DNA of 64,000 nucleotides from Polyangiaceae bacterium (GTDB lineage Bacteria > Myxococcota_A > Polyangia > Polyangiales > Polyangiaceae). Positions 35,318 through 45,101 of the stretch are shown here, in pieces. Both the position numbers and the translations under genes were made by a program. The notes below the pieces were generated by a model. That model saw only the letters and a program-made list of their open reading frames with translations, ran no database searches and was not told the DNA's origin. Position 1 is the first letter of the stretch, and every line of letters begins with the position of its first letter. Location: positions 480,001-544,000 of the forward strand of contig CBDCTZ010000013.1 of NCBI GenBank assembly GCA_965222375.1, written 5' to 3'.

Positions 35318-37785
35318 CGGTCCTTCACCGGGACGTCCCAGATCTCTCGCGCGTAGCTCATGATGGTGCGGTCGCTCGAAAACCAGCCCATTCGCGCAAC
35401 GTTCAAGATGGACCTCCGGGTCCATTCCGCCGGGTCACGATACACCTGCTCCAAGGTATTTTGAGTCAACGCATAGCTTCGGTAGTCAGCCACCACGAAG
35501 TAGCGGTCCCCTTCTTCGGTCAACGCATCGACCAGCGGCTTGAAACGGGCAGGTTCGTCGGGACTGAACAGTCCGCCGGAGACAGCCTCCAGGGCAGCTC
35601 TCAGCTCCGAATCCGCTTGGATGATCGGATTCGGGTCGTAGCCCTCCCGCTGCTGGGACGCGATTTCCTCGGTCGTCAGACCGAAGATGAAGATGTTCTC
35701 CTGACCGACACACTCTCGCATTTCGATGTTGGCCCCATCCAGCGTCCCAATGGTCAGTGCGCCGTTTAACGCGAACTTCATGTTCCCGGTTCCCGAGGCC
35801 TCCATGCCAGCCGTGGAAATCTGTTCTGAAACATCGCTTGCGGGAATGATGAGTTCCGCTTGACTCACGCCGTAGTTCGGAACGAAGAGCACACTCAACT
35901 TGCTGCGTGTCACGGGATCGCCATTGACCTTCGCAGCCACGGCGTTGATCAACCGCACTATCTCCTTGGCCACGGCGTAGCCCGGGGCCGCTTTGCCAGC
36001 GAAAACAAACGTCCTCGGCACAACCTCTTGGGCGGGGTTTTCCCTCAGGCTCAGGTAGCGCGCGACGACGTGAATCAGATTCAAGACCTGTCGCTTGTAC
36101 TCGTGGATGCGCTTCACCTGAGCGTCGATCAAATGCCCTGCGTCGAGTTCGACGCCGTGCTCCAACCGCATGTATCGCGCAAAGCGCTCCTTGTTCTTCG
36201 TCTTCACGTCTCGCCAGGCAGCTTGAAAGTCTGGACTGTTCGCGTGCTCTTCCAGGGCTTCCAGGGCCGTCAGCTTTCGCTTCCAGTCGGTGCCAATCCG
36301 AGACGTGATCAGGGCCGAGAGGTCCGGATTGCATTTCTGCAGCCAGCGTCGCGGAGTGACACCGTTGGTCTGATTCGTGAATTTCGAGGGGTAGAATTCA
36401 TGAAAATCGCGAAACAACTGCTCGCGCAGCAGCCGAGAGTGCAACTCGGACACTCCGTTGACCCGATGCGCACCGACGATAGCCAGGTGGGCCATGCGCA
36501 CTTGGCGATCGGGCCCTTCCTGAATCAGGCTCATGCGCTGCACGCGCGCCAGATCGCCAGGGTAGCGCGCTCGGACTTCCCGCAAGAAGCGATCGTTGAT
36601 CTCGTAAATGATCTGCAAATGCCTGGGCAGCAGGCGCTCCAACATCCAGGCCGGCCAGCGCTCGAGTGCCTCCGGCAAAATCGTGTGGTTCGTGTAGGCC
36701 AAGCAGCGGGTCGTGATGGTCCAGGCCAGGTCCCACTCCATCTGATGGCGGTCGATCAGCAATCGCATCAGCTCCGCAACGGCAAGAGCCGGGTGCGTGT
36801 CGTTCAGTTGGAATATCGCCTTGTTGTGTAGATCCGTGAGGTCCGAATGCCGCGCCAGGTGGCGTGACAACGCATCCTGCAGCGTGGCGGAGACGAGAAA
36901 ATACTCCTGCTTCAAGCGGAGTTCTTTGCCCGCCAGCTGAGAATCGTTGGGGTACAGGACGCGAGAGATGCTCTCGGTCTCGGCCTTCTGCTCGACAGCG
37001 CCGATGTAGTCTCCGCGGTTGAAATATTCGAGTTCGAATGCCTGGGTCGACTTCGCTGACCACAGCCGCAGGGTATTGACTACGTCATTCTTGTAGCCGG
37101 GCACTGGGTTGTCGTAGGCGACCGCAAGCACCTGGTGCGTATCGACCCACTCGCACACCATCCGTCCGCTTGGCGATGTGTACTGGATGACCCTTCCGCC
37201 AAAGTGCACGGCGTAGCGCCGCTCGGGTCGCTCGAACTCCCAGGGATTGCCATAGCGCAGCCAGTTGTCGGGTCGCTCCACTTGCTGACCTCGCACGATG
37301 TCCTGGCGGAAGATGCCGTATTGGTAACGGATGCCATAGCCCATGCCCGGGATCCCCAGCGTTGCCATGGAGTCCAAAAAGCACGCAGCGAGCCGGCCGA
37401 GGCCACCATTGCCCAAACCAGCGTCATGTTCCTGATTGAAGACGTCCGCTGCGTCCACCCCCGCGCTCTGCAGGGCTTGCTTCATTTCGCCCCAGGCGCC
37501 CAGGTTCACGAGGGCATCCTCCAGCAGGCGCCCGAGGAGAAACTCCATCGACAAGTAGTAAACGCGCTTTGGCTGCTCAGAAACGAATCGTTCGATGGTC
37601 GGCGTCCAGCGATCCGCCAAGCGATCCCGCACGGTGCGAGCTGTCGCGACGAAGTGATCGAGCTGGGTCGCAACCCTCGGATCTTTGCCTTGCGTGTGGC
37701 GCAGATGGTCGAGGAAGTCCCGCTCGAGCGCCTCCGGAGAAAGCGAGAGGGGTTCGCCGCCACCTTTACCTATTGGGGAGTTCAT
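35314..37785 (-). CDS. glgP: Glycogen/maltodextrin phosphorylase
   Basis: YYLSMEFL, GLGNGGLGRLAACFLDS, KRIHEYKRQ and EASGTGNMKFALNG (PLP lysine). Confidence 0.96.
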   Translation of the reverse strand: MNSPIGKGGGEPLSLSPEALERDFLDHLRHTQGKDPRVATQLDHFVATARTVRDRLADRWTPTIERFVSEQPKRVYYLSMEFLLGRLLEDALVNLGAWGEMKQALQSAGVDAADVFNQEHDAGLGNGGLGRLAACFLDSMATLGIPGMGYGIRYQYGIFRQDIVRGQQVERPDNWLRYGNPWEFERPERRYAVHFGGRVIQYTSPSGRMVCEWVDTHQVLAVAYDNPVPGYKNDVVNTLRLWSAKSTQAFELEYFNRGDYIGAVEQKAETESISRVLYPNDSQLAGKELRLKQEYFLVSATLQDALSRHLARHSDLTDLHNKAIFQLNDTHPALAVAELMRLLIDRHQMEWDLAWTITTRCLAYTNHTILPEALERWPAWMLERLLPRHLQIIYEINDRFLREVRARYPGDLARVQRMSLIQEGPDRQVRMAHLAIVGAHRVNGVSELHSRLLREQLFRDFHEFYPSKFTNQTNGVTPRRWLQKCNPDLSALITSRIGTDWKRKLTALEALEEHANSPDFQAAWRDVKTKNKERFARYMRLEHGVELDAGHLIDAQVKRIHEYKRQVLNLIHVVARYLSLRENPAQEVVPRTFVFAGKAAPGYAVAKEIVRLINAVAAKVNGDPVTRSKLSVLFVPNYGVSQAELIIPASDVSEQISTAGMEASGTGNMKFALNGALTIGTLDGANIEMRECVGQENIFIFGLTTEEIASQQREGYDPNPIIQADSELRAALEAVSGGLFSPDEPARFKPLVDALTEEGDRYFVVADYRSYALTQNTLEQVYRDPAEWTRRSILNVARMGWFSSDRTIMSYAREIWDVPVKDR

Positions 37786-37816
37786 TGGCCGAACGTAGAC
37801 CAGGACGGCGCGAGTT

Positions 37817-38062
37817 TCACGGGCCGAGGGGCCGCCGGGCGGCGCGAGCGCTTCTGATATCCTTCGCCCGGCGGCAGGCCCCCTCGTTCAGGCGGTCGCA
37901 CGCCTTTTCGCACGCTTCTAGGTTTCCGCTCCAGCACGCGTCGCGCTGGCGGGCCAGATCACGCTCTCTGCTGAGGGAAGCGGCGAAAATCAGCGCGAAG
38001 CCCAAGAGGGCAGCCAAAGCAACCACAAAGCGGGCTCGATTTATGCTTCTCGGCCTTGCCAA
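37817..38062 (-). CDS. Small membrane-anchored Cys-containing hypothetical protein
   Basis: Hydrophobic N-terminus and AC...AC..AC...AC pattern; fills the intergenic gap. Confidence 0.35.
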   Translation of the reverse strand: MARPRSINRARFVVALAALLGFALIFAASLSRERDLARQRDACWSGNLEACEKACDRLNEGACRRAKDIRSARAARRPLGP

Positions 38063-38103
38063 GCTGAAACCCCGGCGCCAGGTTTAGCGTACTTAGAGTA
38101 CCT

Positions 38104-38595
38104 ATGAAATCCTTGGCAATCCTCGGAGCTGGCGCCCTTGTCGCTGGCGGCGTTTGGCTCACGCGATCGACTCCCGTCGAGGCGGCATCGGAAACCCCCG
38201 CGGCCAAGTCCGCTGCTCAGGGGCAACGCCGAGTGCGCGCCGTGGGACAGCTTGGCCCTGGACGCGGAACGCTCATCCTCGAGCTCAAGGCTCCCAAGGG
38301 GGGCAAGTTGACCGACGGGGCGCCGCTGTCCGTCAAGGGCCGCGGCCAGGACATCCGAGTCACGCCAGTGAAGGGCAAGCTGAGAGTCGACAAGCTCCCA
38401 GTCCGCGTCCCCGTCGACGTCGCTGACGGAGCCACGGGTCCGGTGGAACTCGACGTCTCGTTCTACTGGTGTCGACAAGACGGCAAGGGTCGCACCGCCG
38501 CTTGCTCGCCAGAGAAAGGCAGGGTCGTGGTGGACTTGGATCTGACCGGCGACGCCGCTGGCGGCGAAGCTTTCTTCCCGTACCGGGTCCGCTGA
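38104..38595 (+). CDS. Exported hypothetical protein (Ig-like beta domain)
   Basis: Signal peptide; KLTDGAP and FYWC...AC motif. Confidence 0.6.
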   Translation: MKSLAILGAGALVAGGVWLTRSTPVEAASETPAAKSAAQGQRRVRAVGQLGPGRGTLILELKAPKGGKLTDGAPLSVKGRGQDIRVTPVKGKLRVDKLPVRVPVDVADGATGPVELDVSFYWCRQDGKGRTAACSPEKGRVVVDLDLTGDAAGGEAFFPYRVR

Positions 38596-38700
38596 CGCGC
38601 CAGCGGGACTTCCACGCGCAGCTGCCGCCTTCCGCGCGTTTTTCGGGTGCGGGCCCCAGTGCTTGTCTTGAGCCCCACCGTCGCGGATAATTTCGCTGCT

Positions 38701-40026
38701 ATGGTCAGAACGGATTTGCCCTGGGTTCCACAGCCCGGCGATGTTCTGGCCGACAAGTATCGCGTCGAGCAATTGGTCGGCGCCGGCGGCATGGGTGCCG
38801 TCGTCACCGCAATCCAGCAGGAGCTTGGCCGCCGCGTCGCCATCAAGCTGATGCCGCCACAGGCTGCGGCATCGCAACAGGCCGTGGAGCGGTTCTTGCG
38901 AGAAGCTCGGGCCGCTTCATCCATTTCCAACGACCACGTGGTCCGAATATTCGACGTAGGCCGAATGCCCGACGGCGTGCCGTTCATGGTGATGGAGTAC
39001 TTACCCGGCGTCACTCTCGACAACGTCGTGCAAGCCCGGGGGCCCCTGCCCGTAGCAGAAGCGGTGGACTACGTGCTTCAGGCGTGCATCGCGCTAGCCG
39101 AGTGTCACAGCCTGGGGATCGTGCACCGAGATCTCAAGCCCGAAAACATCATGCTCGTTCAGCGCCCGGGTCAGCTGGGATTCGTCAAGGTGCTCGACTT
39201 CGGAATTTCGAAAAGCGAGTGGATGAGTCTGGATCCCGGATTCACCCCAAACCTCACTGGCACGACGGACGTCTTTGGCACGCCAACCCACATGTCGCCG
39301 GAGCAAGTGCGGAGCAGCAAGTCCGTGGACAACCGTGCCGACATTTGGGCGCTGGGCGTGGTGATGTACGAGATCCTGACCGGCGTACCGCCGTTCATGG
39401 CCGACACGCTCCCGGCGCTCTCTGCAATGATCGTCAGCGACGAGCCGCCCCATCCGACTCAGCGACGCGCGGACATTCCGCCTGAGCTTGCAGCCGTGGT
39501 GCTGGGGTGCCTTTCGAAACAAGCCGAGGAGCGGCCGCAGAGCGTGTCGCAACTGGCCGAGATGCTCCGGCCCTTCGCAGCCTCCGCTTCCGTTTCGCAC
39601 ATAGAACGAATCCAGAACATAGCGGCGGCCGACCCCTTGGAGGCGAGCCGCCCCTGGCCCAAGGCCGCCCTGCGCCCGAGGGAGACGGCTTCGGCGTGGG
39701 GCACAACCCACCGCCGCCGTTCCTCCACGAACCGAAACGTGTTTTTCGGCGTGCTCGCTGGAGTCATCGTGTTTGGCGCGGTGCTGGGAGGGCTTCTATT
39801 GGTGCGCAGTCGGCAGCCCGATGCGACCCCAATGGTGGTCCAAGCGAGCGCGGAGCCTTCTCCTAGCCCAGCGGCCCAGCCCAGCCCGGCCCCCACCCGA
39901 GAAGGGCCCCCAGCGGAGCCGAGAAAGCCTGATGCGGCGGTGGCGGATGCGGGAACTACCACCGCAAGACCGAAGCAGCCTAGAGTGAAGCCTCGCCGTG
40001 ACGAAGCGCTGGACGATCGCTACTAG
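38701..40026 (+). CDS. Membrane Ser/Thr protein kinase
   Basis: GAGGMGAV, RFLREARA, HRDLKPEN, DFG and MSPEQ; TM segment. Confidence 0.93.
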   Translation: MVRTDLPWVPQPGDVLADKYRVEQLVGAGGMGAVVTAIQQELGRRVAIKLMPPQAAASQQAVERFLREARAASSISNDHVVRIFDVGRMPDGVPFMVMEYLPGVTLDNVVQARGPLPVAEAVDYVLQACIALAECHSLGIVHRDLKPENIMLVQRPGQLGFVKVLDFGISKSEWMSLDPGFTPNLTGTTDVFGTPTHMSPEQVRSSKSVDNRADIWALGVVMYEILTGVPPFMADTLPALSAMIVSDEPPHPTQRRADIPPELAAVVLGCLSKQAEERPQSVSQLAEMLRPFAASASVSHIERIQNIAAADPLEASRPWPKAALRPRETASAWGTTHRRRSSTNRNVFFGVLAGVIVFGAVLGGLLLVRSRQPDATPMVVQASAEPSPSPAAQPSPAPTREGPPAEPRKPDAAVADAGTTTARPKQPRVKPRRDEALDDRY

Positions 40027-41035
40027 GACCGCCTCGGTGGCCTTGTGCCTGCTTATCTGCTGGCTGGAGCCCGCCCCGGCGTACGCCGAGGCGAGCGCCC
40101 AAGATCGCGCGACCGCCGAGGCGCTCTTTCGTGAAGCCAAGCGCTTGATGCGCAAGAAGAGTTATGCGGACGCGTGTCGCAAGCTCGAGGAGAGCCAACG
40201 CCTCGATCCCCAGGACGGCACCTTGCTCAACCTTGCCGTATGCCACGCGCGAGAGGGTAAGACCGCCAGTGCCTGGGCAGAGTTTCAGGCAGCGCTACAA
40301 CAGGCGCGGGCCGCAAGGCGCAAGGACCGCGTGCGCTTGGCCAAGCGCGAGATCCGAAGGTTGGAGCGCAGGCTGAGTCGCCTGACAATCGAAGTGCCAC
40401 CAGACGCGCGGGTCCCTGGGCTGGTCGTGACTCGGGCCAATTCCGAGGTTGGCGAAGCGGCCTGGGGGACTGCGGTTCCCGTCGACCCGGGGACTGTGGT
40501 CGTCACGATGCAGGCGCCGGAGTTCCGAGAGGACAGCATAGAAGTCACTCTGGAAGAAGCCGAAGACAAGACCATCACCCTGAAGCGACTCGAGGCGCTG
40601 CCCCCCAAGCCAAAGCCCGTGAAGGCCGAGCCCCAAAACCCCACCCGCGACGCGGAAGGCAAGAGCGAGGAGGAGAGCCGCAGGACCAAGCGCATGCTCG
40701 CCTACGTGGCTGGCGGAGTCGGCATTGCCGCTGTCGGCGTCGGTGCGTTTTTCGGACTGCGCGCCCTGAGCAAGAGCAGGGACAGTGACGATCGCTGTCA
40801 GGGCTCGCTCTGCGACCCGGAGGGACTGGAACTGGCAGACGAGGCGGACTCGGCGGCAACGGTTTCCAACATCGCCTTTGCCGTGGGCGCCGTCGGCATT
40901 GGAGCCGGCACCTATCTCTACTTCACGTCGATGCCCGAGTCGAAACCGGACGCTCGGGCACGCTCAAAACGTCCCCAGCTCAAGGCCACGATTGGCGCGG
41001 ACCGAGCAGGTATCGTAGTTAGAGGAGTATGGTGA
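39998..41035 (+). CDS. TPR plus PEGA-like exported protein
   Basis: AEALFREA...ACRKLEES..LDP..GTLLNLA.C and VPVDPG motifs typical of myxobacterial kinase-adjacent genes. Start uncertain. Confidence 0.8.
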   Translation: MTKRWTIATRTASVALCLLICWLEPAPAYAEASAQDRATAEALFREAKRLMRKKSYADACRKLEESQRLDPQDGTLLNLAVCHAREGKTASAWAEFQAALQQARAARRKDRVRLAKREIRRLERRLSRLTIEVPPDARVPGLVVTRANSEVGEAAWGTAVPVDPGTVVVTMQAPEFREDSIEVTLEEAEDKTITLKRLEALPPKPKPVKAEPQNPTRDAEGKSEEESRRTKRMLAYVAGGVGIAAVGVGAFFGLRALSKSRDSDDRCQGSLCDPEGLELADEADSAATVSNIAFAVGAVGIGAGTYLYFTSMPESKPDARARSKRPQLKATIGADRAGIVVRGVW

Positions 41036-42261
41036 GGCGCGCCGCCATCGTCGGTCTAGCTGCCCTTGGAGTGGCTAACGCCTGCCACTCCATTGCGGGG
41101 ATCGATGACAAGGAGCTCGACCCCAAATACTCCACGACCGTCAAGCCAGACGCGGCGCCCGACGTGGTCATCGCGGATAGCCAATGGGAAGCCGGGGCCA
41201 AGCCCAACGGCTGGTCCAAAGTCCCGCCGAACCGCCCCCCCGGCGCGCCGACCGCCTCCGGCAAAGGCGCTCGTCGCTTCTTCGCAGCACGCAACGTGTT
41301 CTTCGGAACCGTGAACCCATCGACCAAAGCCGAAGACCCGGACGCTTGGAAGGACATCGGTCACACCATCGATACCGAGGAAACGACTGCGAAGATCCTG
41401 CAGTCCGACTCATCCAACGTCTGTAACAAACGCCCCGGAGCCTCGGCAGACCTGCTCGTGGATGGCACCGAAGGGCGAGACAACGTTGGTGGCCACTTGA
41501 TGTCCTACGGAGCGTCCACGCTGTCTTTCAAGTTCGAGCTGAACACCAACAAGGACATCGAAGCCGGGAAGAAGCCGACCTATCTTCTGATGTTGGAGGA
41601 CCTGGACAACGGCGCGGATGATCCGTATGTGCCCGGCGCCATCTTCATCACCGTCAAGCGAGACCTCACGGTAGAACCCTTTCCTCTTTGGGATGGGTCC
41701 GACGCCTTCTACGTCGACGCCAACACCGTAGCCGGTAGCGCCAGTGACGGCGGGAACTCCGATGGGGGCAGCGCCGAAGCAAGCGCGGATGGGTCTGGCT
41801 CGAGCGCGTTCTTCCTCGTGCCGCGCTTCCGATTCCCGAAGGGTTATATGCGGGACAACATCTGGGTCAGTGGGGATTTCGGAGAAAACCCAATGACCAT
41901 TCCGCTGTACGCCTTCGACCCCGTCAACTTGGTCGACGCGGAATCCGTAAGCTTGGTTGCCGAACTGACTCAGCCGCACGATAGCATCATCCGCTCGATG
42001 ATGAGCGCGGCGATCAGCTTCGAGAGCATGGACGTGCAATTCCGACCCATTGCGACAAAGCTCGTCGAATGCAACGTGGTGCTCGCAAACGTCTTGATGG
42101 GCTTCTTGGGCAGCGCGATGGACCTAGCCAATTCGGCTCCTACCTTCGAGAAACCCGGTACGGAATGCGGTGCAATCAGTATGGGCTTCGCATTCGACTG
42201 GGTGCCGGTGAAGGCGCCCATCGGCTCGAAGGTGGTCCCACCGGAAGGTCAGTGTCCGTAG
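41029..42261 (+). CDS. Hypothetical lipoprotein
   Basis: Lipobox ANAC; DG..GRDN and C.AISMG.F motifs; translationally coupled to the upstream gene. Confidence 0.7.
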   Translation: MVRRAAIVGLAALGVANACHSIAGIDDKELDPKYSTTVKPDAAPDVVIADSQWEAGAKPNGWSKVPPNRPPGAPTASGKGARRFFAARNVFFGTVNPSTKAEDPDAWKDIGHTIDTEETTAKILQSDSSNVCNKRPGASADLLVDGTEGRDNVGGHLMSYGASTLSFKFELNTNKDIEAGKKPTYLLMLEDLDNGADDPYVPGAIFITVKRDLTVEPFPLWDGSDAFYVDANTVAGSASDGGNSDGGSAEASADGSGSSAFFLVPRFRFPKGYMRDNIWVSGDFGENPMTIPLYAFDPVNLVDAESVSLVAELTQPHDSIIRSMMSAAISFESMDVQFRPIATKLVECNVVLANVLMGFLGSAMDLANSAPTFEKPGTECGAISMGFAFDWVPVKAPIGSKVVPPEGQCP

Positions 42262-42265
42262 CCGC

Positions 42266-42607
42266 TCAGGCAGCGTGAGCGCCGAGGGGCAAGATCACAG
42301 TGTAGCCCGCGTCCTCGCATTCCTGGATCAAGTCCGCAGCATGCGCGCGGTTGTCGATCCCGGTCGCGTCCACGATTTCCTCAGTTGCCACCCGGAATTC
42401 GGCGAGCGTGGGGATCCCCATGGAGACCGGCTGAACGCGGCAGCGTGCTCGGGCCAGGCGGTAGGCCGCACGCGCGAGGCTCCCCGCGTCCACGAGCAGT
42501 CGGCGGTACAGAGCACGGTCTTCACGCAAGCGACATAGCCACTCTGTAGGGCGGTCGTACTCTTCGATCTGCGACATGGTCATACTCCTCGACGCCAACT
42601 TGGACAC
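42266..42607 (-). CDS. Hypothetical protein
   Basis: 113-aa ORF with a plausible helical sequence that fills the gap. Confidence 0.5.
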   Translation of the reverse strand: MSKLASRSMTMSQIEEYDRPTEWLCRLREDRALYRRLLVDAGSLARAAYRLARARCRVQPVSMGIPTLAEFRVATEEIVDATGIDNRAHAADLIQECEDAGYTVILPLGAHAA

Positions 42608-42892
42608 ACGTATGGATGCAACGCTTGGGCCAACCCCGCGCTTTCAGGCAAAACCCCCAAGAACACCCCGGGCGGCTGCGTGGGGCGTCAGGGATAGAAT
42701 TCCCGTAGTCAAAGCCATGACAGAGTCGGCTGGCTGGGGCCAAGTTTTTCCCCGGTAGGGTTGGCCCGCATTGGAGAGGGCATGACCCTCGCGTCGTGGT
42801 GCGCGGCGTCTTGCCCTGTCTTCTGCGGGCAAAATACCCAAAAATTTCGAGACGATTGACGCTGAGGCCTCGGGTCTGAAAAATTCGGATCG

Positions 42893-45091
42893 ATGTGGAC
42901 TCCCACGTGGGTCGGAGAGCGGCTTCAAGCCGAAGCCCTGATCACGGAGCGGCAGCTCCGGGCGGCGCTCCAGGCCATGCAGCAGTACGGCGAGCGCGTG
43001 GAGGAGTCCCTGCTTCGCACCGGGGCGATTGACGAGCACCGGCTACTCAGCTTCATCGCCGAACGCTGCCGAACCCACTTCGTCTCCACCGCGAAGTTAG
43101 CGCGCATCGAAGTGCCCAAGGAGGCCCTGGCCCACATCAGCGAGCGCACCGCCGAGAAACTCCTGGTGTTTCCCGTTCGCTGGGAAGCCACCAGCGAGAC
43201 CTTGAGCGTGGTCTCGCCTGATGCGGGGGACCCCGAGTACGTCAAGCAGCTTCGGATCTCCACCGGCGCTCGCAACTTGAAGGCGTACGTGGCGCGGCCC
43301 GCGGCGGTCAAGGCGGCCATCGCAAAGTGGTACCGCGGGCAGATACAAGCGTTCGCAGAGATCGCGACAGATACGTTCACACAGATCCAGAACACCCAGG
43401 ATTTGTACGAGCGTCAGCTCTTGGACTCAGAAGGCCTGCAAACGCGTCGACCCGGAGCAGAACCACGCATCAACCAAAACGAATACCTGCTGACGCCGAT
43501 GCCCGTCGCGCCGGCACCGCCACAAAAGCCACCTCCGCCCGCGCCGATGCGATCCGCGAAACGCACGGATCCTTTCGCTGGTGGGTTCGGCGCGGCGGCA
43601 GCCCGGCCTGCCGCGCCGCCATCGAAGGGGCGCACGACTTCCCCGGGCCCGGACTCGCTGCTGTCCCTGGACCCGCCAGGCGTCGACGATGCGGGGCCGT
43701 CGCCAGCTCCCGCGCCCAAGGTGGTCTCACCTCCCCGAAGTACCGGACCAAAACCTCTCGGCCCCCACTCGGAGCCGCCCCCCAGCATCGTCGAACGCCG
43801 GGTTCGCGACCTCGCAGAGCTGCTCAACGTGTTGGTGTCCCTGAGCGAAAATACTCGTGACGAATTCCGAGGGCATTCATCGTCCGTGGCCCGGCTCTCG
43901 CGCATGACGGTAGGCCGCATGGGCCTGGACGAGACCGCCGCGGCGCACGCCGCTATGGCTGCCAATCTGCATGACCTCGGAAAGCCGATTTCCTACCACC
44001 TGACGGCGCTCAACGTCGCTCAGTATGCGCCACACCGCACCGCCGCTCAGAAGCTGGTTTATACGCCCGGGCGGTTGGTGGAGAGCGTCGGTCTGCCCAT
44101 TGAGGCCACCAGCGCCGTGTCCGCAATGTATGAGCGCTTCGATGGCCAGGGCTTTCCCGGCCGACTCCAAGGCAAGAACATTCCTCTGGGTGGCCGGGTG
44201 CTGGCGCTCTGCGACACATACTCGGACTTGACCCTGAATCCCCGCAATCCATATCGAAAAGAGTTGTCCCACGAAGAGGCCCACAAAGTGCTGATCAAGT
44301 TCGCGGGTTCAATCTTCGATCCAGACCTCGTCGAACTCCTGACCCAGCTCGTGGTCGGAGAAGACTTGCGCCGCAAGCTCACAGACGACAAGCCCCTCGT
44401 CCTCGTGGTCGAGCCGGACGCGGAAGAGGCAACGATTCTGGAACTGCGTTTGGTCGCCCAAGGGTTCGAAGTCAAAGTCGCGCGAGCAGCAGACCAAGCC
44501 CTACGCCTCATAGAACACGGTGACGTTCGTTACGTCCTGTCGGAAACCGAGCTCTCTCCCTTCGACGGGTTCGAGCTTCTGTCTCGGGTGAAGCGCAGCG
44601 ACAAGGGCAAGGAGATCCCGTTCATGTTTGTTGCCAAGCAGAGCGACGCGGCAGCGGTCGATCGCGGATTTGCCCTCGGAGCCCAAGACTACGTGGTCAA
44701 GCCCACGAGCGGCGACGTGCTGGCCGGCAAGCTCAGGCGCCTCGGCCAGGCAGTGCCACGAAACGCGGTCGCCAGCGGTGTCGCCGGCTCGCTATCCGAT
44801 ATGGCACTGCCCGATCTGGTCCAGATCCTCCACCACAGTCGTAAGAGCGGTCGCTTGCGCGTCAAGTCAGGAACCGATGAAGGCGAGGTTCATTTCCAGG
44901 ATGGCCGGATCGTGCACGCGATCACCGGGGCCGCGAAATCCGAGGACGCCTTCTATGAGTTGCTCGGTTTCAGCGAAGGCACCTTCGCCCTGGAACCGAG
45001 CTTCAAGCCCACCGAGGACACGATACAGCTCAGCCCAGACATGCTGGTGCTGGAAGGCCTGCGGCGCCTGGACGAACGCAACAACCGTTGA
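42893..45091 (+). CDS. GspE-N/MshEN-like, HD-GYP-like, receiver and DUF4388 multidomain regulator
   Basis: GERL...LIT..QL..AL; GHS..VA, LHDLGK and ERFDGQGFP; receiver fold ending KP; GSLSDMALPDLVQIL..SRKSGRL. Confidence 0.85.
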   Translation: MWTPTWVGERLQAEALITERQLRAALQAMQQYGERVEESLLRTGAIDEHRLLSFIAERCRTHFVSTAKLARIEVPKEALAHISERTAEKLLVFPVRWEATSETLSVVSPDAGDPEYVKQLRISTGARNLKAYVARPAAVKAAIAKWYRGQIQAFAEIATDTFTQIQNTQDLYERQLLDSEGLQTRRPGAEPRINQNEYLLTPMPVAPAPPQKPPPPAPMRSAKRTDPFAGGFGAAAARPAAPPSKGRTTSPGPDSLLSLDPPGVDDAGPSPAPAPKVVSPPRSTGPKPLGPHSEPPPSIVERRVRDLAELLNVLVSLSENTRDEFRGHSSSVARLSRMTVGRMGLDETAAAHAAMAANLHDLGKPISYHLTALNVAQYAPHRTAAQKLVYTPGRLVESVGLPIEATSAVSAMYERFDGQGFPGRLQGKNIPLGGRVLALCDTYSDLTLNPRNPYRKELSHEEAHKVLIKFAGSIFDPDLVELLTQLVVGEDLRRKLTDDKPLVLVVEPDAEEATILELRLVAQGFEVKVARAADQALRLIEHGDVRYVLSETELSPFDGFELLSRVKRSDKGKEIPFMFVAKQSDAAAVDRGFALGAQDYVVKPTSGDVLAGKLRRLGQAVPRNAVASGVAGSLSDMALPDLVQILHHSRKSGRLRVKSGTDEGEVHFQDGRIVHAITGAAKSEDAFYELLGFSEGTFALEPSFKPTEDTIQLSPDMLVLEGLRRLDERNNR

Positions 45092-45101
45092 GCAAGCCTC
45101 T

